From contig NC_068991.1 in NCBI RefSeq assembly GCF_001194135.2, positions 27,199,734 through 27,246,604 of the forward strand: a DNA stretch of 46,871 bases, in the 5' to 3' direction. Positions 1-11,750 of this stretch are shown here, piece by piece (within the stretch, counting starts at the first letter, position 1; every line of letters begins with the position of its first letter). The notes below the pieces were generated by a model, which saw only the letters and a list, made by a program, of their open reading frames with translations, had not been told where the DNA came from and did no database searches. The stretch is from Octopus bimaculoides. Its lineage: Eukaryota. The position numbers and the translations under genes are program-made.

Positions 1-56
<56 letters not shown>
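1..56. repeat. (GT)n microsatellite
   Basis: Near-perfect GT dinucleotide run at the window start. Confidence 0.98.
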
Positions 57-59
<3 letters not shown>

Positions 60-1411
60 AAACCCTTCGTGTAAATTATTACTGAAAATACATACTATTT
101 TATATGTTATGCAAAATGATAGTGGATCAATGACATACCATGGATTTAAGTTAACGCACGATAGATTCTATTCCCCTAAAATATCATGTTATAAAAAGCT
201 TTTCTTTCAGAAATTACCTCAAACATTCATAAGAAATACTTGATTTCTTCAGAATGTCAATCCAATAAGAGGATTATTGAAGAAACAACAACCTTTCCAT
301 ATTTATTGAACTACACATGTATATTATTTAGGTTGTTCTCGCTTTTTAAATTAAATCCTGCGTGAACGGAAATTGAATCAGTTGTTGTTATTTTGTTGTT
401 GATTCTGCCATTTCAGCCTTCTCTTTCCTTTTCTATCTTTTTCCGCTCCTCGTGGATGAAATCGTCATATGTTTTGCTTCCATTAAGCTAAGGGCTGAGA
501 TATGTGCCCTACATGTCTAGTAACATTGAATTCCTTTCATTACTCAACATAGGGCCCAATGCTTGTGACAGTAATCATTCTATGGACCCAATGCCCATAC
601 ACTGCGTAGTTTTGAATTGGTCGCGTACTTGTGCCACGTCCACCTTTACTGCGCTAGTCGGGCCATATTTAGAATATCCTTCTTGCTGCCAAGAGAAGTA
701 AAACAGGATCTTTGTTATTGATGTTATTCATGCTATTTTCTGCAATAGAATGTTTGCTGCTTATGTATGTGTTTACCGTTGTTTGAGGTGTATTTGCCAA
801 ACAAAATTGTATTTTTTTTCCATATATTTTTTGATTTGCTTTTATTTTCTACATGATTTTTGCTTCTTTTTTTGTTTTTGTTCTTGTTCCAAATGTCTGA
901 AGGCAGTAAAAGAAATTAATGTATCCAATTCGTACTTTCTCAAAAATTAAATAAACTCCACGAATAAAAGCCAACCACTCTATGAACAGATTTCACCAAA
1001 ATGTCATTTCAGCTTAAGCAGTGATCGATAATTTATCACGCGCGATAAACGGCTACTGATTTAGGTTCAAGGGTAGTAATTTGAAATTGGTCCATACCAT
1101 TAGCACCATTACTTGGTTAATATCTTATTTTAACGGTTCTGGAAGGAAGAACGGTAAAGCTAACGTCGGTGTTATTCGAAATAGTCACACTAAAAATATT
1201 TTCTTTAGTAACCACAAGGGTTCTAATCGATGCAGAAAAAATACAAATAAACGTTAAATTGTGGATTTCCTAATTCGCCTGTGGTTTGACAGAGAAATTA
1301 TACAAACAAGAAGAAAGAGCTAAACGACGTTTGGATGAAAAAGAAGAGGATATAAAACAAAACATTTGTGCGGAAATGCAAAAGACATGATGAACCATAA
1401 TATTTAAGACA

Positions 1412-1413
<2 letters not shown>

Positions 1414-1444
<31 letters not shown>
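1414..1444. repeat. (AT)n microsatellite
   Basis: Direct reading. Similar (AT)n runs occur at ~3132-3161, 6184-6224, 17451-17486, 32709-32753, 33728-33750 and beside most N gaps. Confidence 0.97.
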
Positions 1445-1448
<4 letters not shown>

Positions 1449-1916
1449 TAAGATCTGGTAATTAGTCATATATTAATATATTAATTAATATCGATTAATT
1501 ATCAGGGGGCCAGCACATTTAAAGAATCAAAGAGATTCAGAAATATTATCTGCAATCTCAGGGGATTAAGGTACATTTTAAAAATAACGTCGACCACTAA
1601 CGTGGACAATTAATGCGCTAGAAATAGATCACATTTTGTGTCTATTAAGACCTAAAAAGTTCTCAACATGAAATATAGCAACATATCAAAAACGTGACGT
1701 TTTTGGTATGCTACTATATTTCATGTATGTATATATATATATACATATACAAACTACCTCACTCTCAGTTACTCTGATTAGACAACACCAACATTAGAGA
1801 TTATACTTCTACCTATCTCGTTCCTGTAGTGTTTAAGATTGGTGATGTCAAAATGATCTGTGAACAGTTTTGTAATATTTATCCGTTCGATCACCGACGT
1901 CTTTTTTTTTTTTTAG

Positions 1917-2126
1917 TACATTCACAGAAATGCTAGCTGTAGTACCGGCACCATTAATGATTTCCTCCAAGACTCCATTCTCTCATCCCAAATTCCAAGA
2001 GCAAGAGTTGAATTCGTAGCAGAAGTACTCACTAAGAACATTGTAGAACGCCGGTGTAGATTAATGGAAAAGCTTCATGATCTGACTTCAGTCGATGATT
2101 TGTATGATAGAAGACTTAAGAACTAG
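1917..2126 (+). other. 69-codon open frame after a T-rich tract ending in AG: decayed PLE GIY-YIG C-terminus or a host terminal exon
   Basis: T13-AG at 1902-1916, then YIHRNASCSTGTINDFLQDSILSSQIPRARVEFVAEVLTKNIVERRCRLMEKLHDLTSVDDLYDRRLKN*. It loosely resembles PLE C-termini (ILSxxRARxEF...CR), but I do not recognise it securely. Confidence 0.3.
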
Positions 2127-2194
2127 TCTACAAACAACTAGTCATCAAGCAGAATATTATGGTTCCGATTTATCTGTCGACATTTCAAGCTATG

Positions 2195-2698
2195 GAATTA
2201 TCGAGTCGGTGTTTGGAGCGATTGTAGCTCTTGTCTGCATATATGTATGCATTTATCTGTTTTTCCTACAGCATTAAGAGCATTTTAGCTCTTATTTTCA
2301 GTAATGTATGTTTTGACACCTTTAGTCGCGTTCAGTGACGTTTATATTGTTCCTTTATGATATTACATTACACTTAGCTGTTAATATTAATTTTAAAATA
2401 AACATTAGCAATCCCTAAATAATCCATAAATTTTTATGGAAAATACCTATATGCTGACAGGAGTACTGGCCCGGAATCTTCCAAACGAGCTGTACTTACA
2501 GATGAGGGATACGGAAATAGCCGAAACTGAAGGTGCTGTCTAAAGAATTCTCGAGTCGTTTGGGGTGATTGCAGTCCCTGTCAGTAAATATGTTTATAAT
2601 TATGTGCTTTTCCTACAGCACTAAGAGCACTTTAGCTCTTATTTCTAGCAATGTAGGTGTCTTGAGTTCCTTAGTCACGTTCAGTAACATTTATATTC
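2195..2698 (+). repeat. Diverged ~155-bp direct repeat pair (2195-2350 and 2545-2698)
   Basis: Shared blocks gaattNtcgagtcg...ttttcctacagcaYtaagagcaYtttagctcttattt...ttagtcRcgttcagtRacRtttatatt, offset 350 bp. Confidence 0.85.
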
Positions 2699-3126
2699 AT
2701 ATTGTGTATATGTGTATACAGGATGTTAATTATATGGCTGATTCTAGAGTGAACAATGGTTTCGCTTCCATAAAGCGCTTAGTTCCGATGGCTGCCGACA
2801 TAAAACCTTTATTCAAACTGAAGATAGAAAACTGTTTCGGTCAGTTAATTTGTGAACAAAAGAATATTATATATTGTTTGAGCGATTAACGGGGTGGGTT
2901 ATCACCAATAGATCGGGTTATCTCCCTTATGGTCCTATTACCGTAACGGTTTTTTATCTCCATTTTGAAGAGGTTTTCTGTCTGCGTCTACTGAATTCTG
3001 ACGTGTCGTCTATAAGATTAAAGGCTCTCCGGACGTCAAACCATTGGTCACTCTATGAACGGTTATTTAGTTAACTTCCAGTAAATACATTACTACTCTA
3101 GCTTTTAGATTGTACTTCTTTATCAG

Positions 3127-3161
<35 letters not shown>

Positions 3162-4899
3162 NNNNNNNNNNNNNNNNNNNNNNNNNNNNNNNNNNNNNNN
3201 NNNNNNNNNNNNNNNNNNNNNNNNNNNNNNNNNNNNNNNNNNNNNNNNNNNNNNNNNNNNNNNNNNNNNNNNNNNNNNNNNNNNNNNNNNNNNNNNNNNN
3301 NNNNNNNNNNNNNNNNNNNNNNNNNNNNNNNNNNNNNNNNNNNNNNATTCTTTATAAGAATTTATCAAGTAGTCAGCGTGAAAAAACCTCAAAATGAAAA
3401 AATAACGAAAAATTTTCGTAATGAAAAAATTCATCATTTCATCATGAATATAAATACTTATATATAAAGGGCATTAACTGTGTATTAATGCCTCGCGCTT
3501 CGAGGGACTAAACAAGTCAAAAACTACCAAAAGAATAAGCAACATATTTACTGAAAGCGAGGGAATGCAGCTTTCAAAATTTATCTCTTAAAAACATTTA
3601 ACGGTAGACCACTGGTTTCTCAATCAAATACAGAAAAACTGTGAAGTAACCTGTATTCTTTTGTTCATCAGTACACATGGTGCGCATTGTTTCTATTCCA
3701 AGTAGATTTCCCATTTCTACAGGTAAGTGACGGTTGCAGCTAGAATTGCAGTTCGATGGAAAGAAACTGCACTTATGATGCTGACATATTTTGACTTGGC
3801 AAGTTTTACGCAATTTTTTGTTGTTTTTGGTGCGATTGTCTTTGCCAAACAAGCTCATACAATTATTGCGCATATGAGTACTATTTTAGATAGAAATGTC
3901 CATTCTTTCCTTTTAAAACTGTTTTCTCTAAAATATTCTTGTTAATTTTCTTTTCTTTTTCCGTTTGACTTAATATCTGGCAGTTTGAAATTTTTTTTAA
4001 ATATAATTTTATTGAATTTATAATCAAGTTAAGCTGACTTATTGCCAGGAAATAAAACAAAGCCAGTAATTATGAAGAAACTTTGCAGCAATGAAAACTA
4101 ACATAAACAAATGTCAGATTTAATTATAGAACCAAACTATTGTATTGAACATAGAAAAATAATGCATTTTTGACAAATGATTGCGACATTTATTCGAAAT
4201 ATTCCAGTGATACTGTTAACAAAGGTCAACACCCACACAAACACACAAAAAGAATCCTTAATTTTTCCTAAATATAGACATGTTATAAAATTCTTCTTTC
4301 CCAGAGGCCACCTCTGAAAGCATGAGTGAGAACAATTGAAAGTAGCTTCAATCGATGTTTAGAGCACATATATACAGTTGGATAAGATAGAGCTTACGAA
4401 ATAGTAAGTCTAGTTTCTAAAACTCTGAACGGAACGAAGCTGAAGTGATGTAATTTATACGTGCTCCTACAATATCTCTACAATGATTAGACTGGAAATA
4501 GGAGTTATTATGAAAGACATTGTCACTTTGCTCGTTGTTAGCCATGTTGCACAGAAAAAGGGAACAGTAGAACTAATGACAACATACAGTACGTTTTAGA
4601 AATCACTGCGTCGAGAACACGATAAGTAGCAACAAGGCTGTCCACTCGGAGGAAGTCAAACATCTTACGTCTTCTACAGTTTTGAAAGCAAAATCAAGCA
4701 GCCCACGATTTGAAGATATGCGACGAAGAAGATAAGGAAATACTGAGGAGAAGTTGATAAATGAACAAGTGTGGCAAATTACCAAGTCAATGAAAACAGA
4801 CACAAAGGTAAAGGTCCCCCATCAAAGATAAATTTCAGATGAAGGATCGCGGAAAGTCTAAGGTGGATTCCAATCATATCTGCTTGGTTTTTCTCTCTA

Positions 4900-5065
4900 G
4901 TTCATATTGCAAGCAAAAGACTGGTTGGTGATCTAGGATTTAATCCCCGACAGTATGATATGATCTTAGACAAGTGACTTTTATATAGCCTCCGATCAAC
5001 CCGAGGCTTGTGAGAGAAATTAGGTTAAAGGAAACTGTGTCGAAGCCTGATGTGTACATTTTACC
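4900..5065 (+). mobile_element. Degenerate tRNA-derived SINE fragment
   Basis: ...cttagacaagtgacttttatatagcctccgatcaacccgaggcttgtgagagaaattaggttaaaggaaactg matches, from recall, the body of the SINE family whose head is seen at 25086. Confidence 0.6.
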
Positions 5066-6181
5066 AATCATTTGTTTGTTAAACATTTTCACAAAGTGTC
5101 ACGCGGAGCTTGGTTGAGAAATACGATATGAAAGCACATGTTTGTAGAGTGCCATTATTTGAACAAATAAAATTTTAACAGAGATCCATTTATAATTGTT
5201 TTCGTCGGTACAATTTTATTGAATCATCACATATTCTCTCCTCTCGCTCTCTCACTCTCTTTCTCTCTTTCTTACTCTGTCCACTCTCTCTTTCTCTTCC
5301 TCTCTCTCTTTCTCCGTCTATATACGTACGCTTGCGCGCATGCATACACATACATATGCAGGGTTGGCCACAAGTCACCTCTGACAGTAAATCAAAACCA
5401 TTTATTTATGTTTAACAACTGAATGAATTTAATAAAAGCATCTAAATAGGAAACATGAATCCCTTTTAGAGCGACACATATATATATATATATATGNNNN
5501 NNNNNNNNNNNNNNNNNNNNNNNNNNNNNNNNNNNNNNNNNNNNNNNNNNNNNNNNNNNNNNNNNNNNNNNNNNNNNNNNNNNNNNNNNNNNNNNNNNNN
5601 NNNNNNNNNNNNNNNNNNNNNNNNNNNNNNNNNNNNNNNNNNNNNNNNNNNNNNNNNNNNNNNNNNNNNNNNNNNNNNNNNNNNNNNNNNNNNNNNNNNN
5701 NNNNNNNNNNNNNNNNNNNNNNNNNNNNNNNNNNNNNNNNNNNNNNNNNNNNNNNNNNNNNNNNNNNNNNNNNNNNNNNNNNNNNNNNNNNNNNNNNNNN
5801 NNNNNNNNNNNNNNNNNNNNNNNNNNNNNNNNNNNNNNNNNNNNNNNNNNNNNNNNNNNNNNNNNNNNNNNNNNNNNNNNNNNNNNNNNNNNNNNNNNNN
5901 NNAAATTCTCGAAAATTTAAATATTCATTGCATTCACTCCGTCAAATTCTTCATAAATCTAAATATTTATTGCATTCACTACGGAGTAGAATTTAATATT
6001 AATTCGTTGCAGGCAACTTTTTACGTTTTTATTTACAAGTCTCTCATTCTCGCTTGCCTCTATTTTCATTAATGATAATTTAATTATAACTTTGATACGA
6101 GGCGCAGTTTCAAGAATATTATCAGTTTCCGGAGTTTGGTAACGGAATAATTTTGATAAAATGAAAATTCTTTAATATAAT

Positions 6182-6227
<46 letters not shown>

Positions 6228-6350
6228 GAAGTGAATTTGTTGGTATGGCTCTTTGGAACGCTATAAGCCTTACAATAATAATTATGTGATCGCTGGTATT
6301 TTAGCACGCTATACGATATAGTTATTAATGAGCTTTCATTTATATATAAT

Positions 6351-6690
6351 ATGCGACTGAAAAAGAAAATTGAGCAGCGAAGGCACAGCGGTAGAGAGAA
6401 AGACGGGCAACTGAATCAGATGAAACCAGGGCAAAGCGACCGACTGGTTAAGGTATCTCAAGAGGAGAATATTCTACTTCAAAATAATGGTGTCAGATCA
6501 CAAATTCTTGATGCAACACTAAAGAGATCATTTCTTTGCGATCATGTGGAAGTAGTGGAGTTGACAACCAATCTAAGACTTCTTACAGAAGGTCAGTCTT
6601 ATGAAAGAGAGTTTACTAATTACCTTTTTGATGAAGGAAATGGTAACATTCCTGTTGAACAAAGCCTGGCAACCACTGTCGGTGTGTTTA
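6351..6690 (+). mobile_element. Helitron RepHel remnant (Pif1 helicase segment)
   Basis: ATLKRSFLCDHVEVVELTTNLRLL...EFTNYLFDEGNGNIP matches the Helitron helicase pattern ACLKxSxLWxxVxxxxLTxNMR...FxxxLLxIGNGxIP. Confidence 0.8.
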
Positions 6691-6719
6691 CGCNNNNNNN
6701 NNNATATATATACATATAT

Positions 6720-6802
6720 AATCAGATGAATAATAACAGACAGTGGATAATTGTCAGCTCATGATCTGACAATTATCCAACGTCTGGTTTGTTCATTTGA
6801 TT
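6720..6802. repeat. Imperfect ~38-bp-arm palindrome with a perfect 13-bp core
   Basis: ggataattgtcag (6745-6757) pairs with ctgacaattatcc (6766-6778) around an 8-nt loop; the arms extend imperfectly to 6720 and 6802. Confidence 0.9.
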
Positions 6803-7429
6803 ACAATACAGCAAGGGGATTTTAGGACCTGTCGGACAGCTTATGGTATACCAACACCGTACAATACAACGTAATGCATGCTTTGGACTTGCGCCTAGGC
6901 ACTAAATACTTATAGTGTTGTGTTTTTTCTCTGTGTACACAACCGGAATATCGTATTTGATACTTATCAACCATAGGCCGGAATCACAGGTTTATCCAAC
7001 CCTACCTGCTGCATATTTTTTTTAATTACACGATTTTATCTAAATCCTTATTTTACTCTATGTGTGTATATGTGTGTGAGTGGTGTGTGTTTGTGTGTGT
7101 GTTTAATGAGAGAGTGTGAGAGACGGAAGATGGAAGATATGAGAAAGTTTTTTGATGACTGCAATTGTTTCGACTCATCTAGCATCGATACTGAACATCT
7201 GGTTTAGGAGTAGCCGTTGGTGTAGATGTATCTCCTCGGGTGATTACAAGATATATCTCGTTAAAAAAACGTTTGTTCCGCGAGATTTCTCGTCGGTATT
7301 TGTATGCACAAGAAGCAAATTAAGGAATACAGCTTCGTTATTATAGACATATAAAACACAATTATACTACTGCTCATAACACAATAAACTGTGTCAACTC
7401 TGAATAAGCAAACAGCAAGTATAAGAACC

Positions 7430-8255
7430 ATGGTGTCCTCTGCTACAACCCAATCCACGGTTCACATGTTTCAACGAAGATCGCAAAGAATCTTTTGCCG
7501 CTTTAGACAAATGTTTCCCAAAATCAAATAGATATACTGTTTTTAATAGACACGGAGCGAAGGCATCATACGCTATATCTATTAATTTAGAGCAGTATAT
7601 GCACCGCTTAATAACCGGAAATAAACCAACTATTGAATAACTCACCAACTGGAACAATAACTTATGTCCGGCTAGATAATTACTAAGAACAACAAATATA
7701 TACAACAAAATGTCAAGAAAGGAAGTACCAACCAGAATGAAAAACACTGCTGTGCCCACATCGTGAAAGTAACAATAATAGTGATATCACCAACACAGTA
7801 ATGGTGTCGGAAAATAGAGTCAGCACTTCCACAAATAACACTAATTCTAATAAATGTTCATTGAAAGAAAAAACAAAAAGGCCATTGATGAACCTCTGTA
7901 TGAGTACTAATTTTGAATATAAGTAGACCGTACACACAGGAGGAGGACCGTATGTTTACATTGGGAAAACGGCTAATTCGTTCAAGAAGCTGTCGCCAGC
8001 TGCAAGAAGTGTGATTCGAAATCATTGGCTGATTTTATGTGGCAACTTAAGTAGGTTAAAGTTAAATATAATCCAATTTGGTCGATAATAAGACATGCGA
8101 AATCGTACAATATCCTTTCCAGGAGATGCAGACTGACTCCGTTCCGAGGAATCACTGTCTATTTTGTGGACCAATGAGATCATTAATAGGATTTCTGAAA
8201 GTCTTTCAACATGCTTGCATGCTTATAAATGCACTTTTGCGCAATGCAGTGGGAA
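7430..8255 (+). mobile_element. Penelope-like element 3' remnant (linker plus GIY-YIG endonuclease), pseudogenised
   Basis: Frameshifted translation VLCYNP..HVSTKIAKN/FFAALDKCFPKSNR..VFNRHGAKASY; PLMNLCMSTNFEYK*TVHTGGGPYVYIGKTANSFKK; SLADFMWQLK*...PIWSIIRHAKSYNILSRRCRL; INRISESLSTCLH. These match PLE WFNPPF, YIG, WxLK and CxLC motifs. Confidence 0.88.
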
Positions 8256-9209
8256 TGAATTTGAGTAAGCGTTAACCAAAATAATGATAATTTATCTAAA
8301 TGTATGGATGAATTAACCTCCTCATACTTATGAACACAATGCTACAATAGTTACCAATGTAACTGTGATACCCCTTGGCCATTGAATACCCATTAATGTG
8401 AGATAAATATCAACTTCACCGTGAGATGAAAACGCAAAAACCTATGCTTATCTACACTGGTGATCCTAACACTAACATTAATAATTTCTATAGACTATCG
8501 GTTATTTCATTAGTCGTTCATACAATAAAGACACATCTACTATGTCTGTATATACGTACATATTCATAACTCTACAAGTTTTATAATTATATCTGTCAGG
8601 CTTACTGAACCCCACCGTAGAATCTGTGATTCCTCACCAAGGATAGCCGTACCGCTAGCCACTCTTAGGCACTGATTTTATCAATATTTAATTGATTCGC
8701 TGTGGGAGCACTTGCACACTAAACCACGCCTGTATTTTCGTGTAAGTTTTTACGAGCGTACGTACGCTAAACAACGTAAGCGAGAGCGTTTGTACATCCA
8801 TATGTATATCTATATATACATTAAGTACAGGATATCACCAATGAGCGAAAAGTACGTAAACACACAACGAGAGACAAGTACATGACAAAATACCAAAACA
8901 AGTCTAACTCCTTCTCAGTTGTCAATTGTTTATTACTACCAGTTTCGTGCTTTTAATAACAAGGCAGGAAGACTTCGCAAGACAGCCGCATCCATAAATT
9001 TTTAAACTACAAAATTTGTAGAGAGTTAGCGATTCGAACGAACAAACGACCCCATAGTGGACGTATGGAAGTAAACGATCATTGAAGACAGAGGTTTGAG
9101 ATCGTTAGGCTCAGACGAATTGCAATAGGTAACGCCTGGCAGAAATTTCGAAAGGATATAGAATAGATAGAAGAGAAAAAGTAGAAGAGAAAAATAGAAG
9201 AAAGATAGA

Positions 9210-9620
9210 ATGTACGTGTGTATATGTTTGAACGTGCACACATGTACACACGTACATACACACACAAACACATACACGCACACACGCACACATACCCACA
9301 CACATGTACACACAGCTGCACGCATATACGAAGACGCACACACAAGCGCACATACACACGCACAAGCACGCACGCACAAGAACGCATATATAACTCCACA
9401 CACAAGAGCGCATATATAACTCCACACACAACACCACGCAAACACACATACATACATGCACATACACACAGGCACATACATGCACGTACACACACACACG
9501 CACGCAAACACGCAGACACGCACACACGCATACACAGACGCATACATAAACGCCACACACAAAACGCACACACAACATATATATACACGCACGCACATAC
9601 ATATACACGCACACACATAC
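9210..9620. repeat. Degenerate CA-rich low-complexity tract
   Basis: Mixed CA/CACG/CATA units. This tract generates the spurious H/T-rich and V/C-rich ORFs. Confidence 0.95.
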
Positions 9621-10037
9621 TTCAAACTGCCAGTCAAACACAATTTTCTTCTCACCTCTGCTCTACGCACATGTGAAGATACACAAAACTACACAAACGA
9701 TCACCACACATGTTATCATGCTGCTGAATTCTTCCTACAACAATAAGAGACACAAAGTTCACTCACACATAAACATAGAAACAGCTAACACCACACACAC
9801 ACAACACACATACATACACACATACACACACACACATGCTATTAAACACACAGAGTCTTGCGGGCGCACATGCCCACACATACACAAATATACTTCTTTC
9901 TCTAACACTGTCGTGTCTTAGAAAGAACTTTTTCTTCACCCATTCCCTTCCGGTCATTTCAAAATGTAACCACACGTGGATCGTTGTCGGTTTATTTCAT
10001 CCGTTTTCCCTTCCTCTTGGACTTACCTCCGTCTCCT

Positions 10038-10072
10038 GTTTCTGATGAAGAGCTTTGCTCGAAACGTAAAAC
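10038..10072 (+). ncRNA. Minimal type I hammerhead ribozyme with intact core, in a PLE-type tail
   Basis: GTTT-CTGATGA-A-GAGC-ttt-GCTC-GAAA-C-GTA-AAAC: stem I gttt/aaac, stem II gagc/gctc, core CUGAUGA and GAAA, GUA triplet, palindromic ACGU in place of stem III. Confidence 0.8.
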
Positions 10073-10195
10073 CACCTTTCTGTCCTTCCCTGGGCGTCTG
10101 CTAATACTTTGCATGCACCACGTCCTCGTGCTGTTGTTATTTTTCTTGTTGTGTCTGTTTGTTTGTTTGTTTTTGGAGGGGAATAAATATATATG

Positions 10196-10310
10196 TATGA
10201 TCTTATGTATGTATGTATGTATGTATGTATGTATGTATGTATGTATGTATGTATGTACGTATATATGTGCGTACGTATATACGTATGTATGTATGTTTGT
10301 ATATATGTAT
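10196..10310. repeat. (ATGT)n microsatellite
   Basis: Direct reading. Confidence 0.95.
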
Positions 10311-11456
10311 GTCCATTCCCAGTATGTAGAACCTTTTTGTTATTTTAGACACAGAGACTCGATTGCATAGCAATGGATGTATCTGAAATATAAATTTCCA
10401 TTTCCTTTGAAATTTGTTAACTTTAGCACTTGTAATCTGTATGGAAGTTGCATGCCACAACGTGATAAATAACCGATCAAGATGTCATTGGTGTTTGTGA
10501 AATCATATCTATTATTCTGTATTTTTCCGTGTGTTGATATCACGTTCAGATATATGATTTACGGTTTTGTTTATTCTATTGAGAATATTGGAATGACGTC
10601 TAATTGTTTATGAGATTTAAGCTCTTGCCTTGCAGTGAGGTGTTGTTTCTGTTAGGCTTCTCGAAAATTATTAGCTTCCCTTTCTACACTTTGTGATGGA
10701 GTAAAATTGTTACAAACAACATGAAAGAGTTTGCCTATAATATTTAAACCCCTTATCCTAACAGATGCTTTATTATATCTTCACAAAAGATAGTCAAATT
10801 TATAATTTATTATCGAAACTATATTTTGGAATTAAGTTCAGTCATAAAACACGCTGTGTATATGTCGGCCGTGCATTAATATACTTTAAAGGGTATGCGT
10901 ACAATATGGACGAGAAGTAGCGTTCCATTTTATAAGATAGAATTATTCAGCATAAAACGGTAGCTCTTATTGCGATACAACTCTCACAAGACACGAAGCC
11001 CTTTACCATTTTACTAATTTGAAGACTGGGTTTCATTCCGGGTCCTTTATTTTGATGTAATCATTGATTAGGTATTTGTCAAAAGCTACTGATATTATTG
11101 TTGAGCTGGTGGTTTAGTTGCATCACAATTCTGTTCGAGCAAACCTAAAAAACCTTATAAAACCCGTGTATATATCGCAAATGTTTTCCCTTCTAATACC
11201 CCTGCTTTTGTTCAAGAGGTTTTGATGGCACCGATCCACTTATTAAGGACTTTGCTTTATCACTTTTGTTGTTGAAAAAATAGTTCACCTTCTTTACCGG
11301 CATCCTTAAGGTCAACGATGAGTNNNNNNNNNNTATATATAGTACACATTTACAGAAAACCAAAACGAAGGCAGGTGAAAGAACGACAAGCAGGTGTATT
11401 AAATTATTTACATTATTTATATTCGACCGATATTTGTCTTCATCTGGAATGTTGTT

Positions 11457-11502
11457 AACACGACGTTTCGCCTGGTATACGCTCCAGCTTTCATCATGTG
11501 TC
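11457..11502 (-). ncRNA. Minimal type I hammerhead ribozyme, degenerate (C3A, damaged base of stem II)
   Basis: Minus strand GACAC-ATGATGA-AA-GCTGG-agcgtata-CCAGGC-GAAA-C-GTC-GTGTT: stem I acac/gtgt, GUC triplet, ACGU palindrome. Confidence 0.75.
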
Positions 11503-11614
11503 TTGGAAAATTTCGAACCTCGGTTATCATTCCTAAGGTATTTTTCGATGTTATTATTAGTATATTGTTTTTTTTTCCTTCTTTCGTCAAATTTCTTTCC
11601 ATTTCTCGCCCAGT

Positions 11615-11615
<1 letters not shown>

Positions 11616-11676
<61 letters not shown>
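11616..11676. repeat. (TAT)n/(AAT)n microsatellite inside the PLE 3' module
   Basis: About 20 perfect trinucleotide units. Confidence 0.98.
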
Positions 11677-11680
<4 letters not shown>

Positions 11681-11750
11681 TCACTGTCTGGAATCAAACT
11701 CAGAATCTTGAGGTTAGTAACCCGCGCTCTTAACCACTACGTCATACGCC
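11677..11750 (-). promoter_or_regulatory. tRNA-like segment with Pol III A-box-like and B-box-like motifs (not a functional tRNA)
   Basis: Minus strand GGCGTA-TGACGTAGTGG-TTAAGAGCGCGGG-TTACTAA-CCTCAAGATTCTG-AGTTTGATTCC-AGACAGTGACC. A-box-like at 11734-11744, B-box-like at 11690-11700; the cloverleaf stems are incomplete. Confidence 0.75.

Noticed and set aside
504-760. GC-richer stretch with short ORFs on both strands
   Set aside because: No recognisable motif, and stops interrupt the frames I checked on the minus strand.
3672-3722. Possible 51-bp exon between ttcatcag and a perfect CAG|GTAAGT donor
   Set aside because: Splice-like sites are plausible, but the peptides (YTWCALFLFQVDFPFLQ or HMVRIVSIPSRFPIST) are unrecognisable and no partner exons were found. 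RNA-seq would be needed.
4590-4810. Possible exon with tttag acceptor and AAG|gtaaag donor
   Set aside because: In-frame stops in all three frames between the sites.
11677-11750. Functional tRNA gene
   Set aside because: Acceptor and anticodon stems do not pair fully; treated as a tRNA-derived promoter-like segment only.
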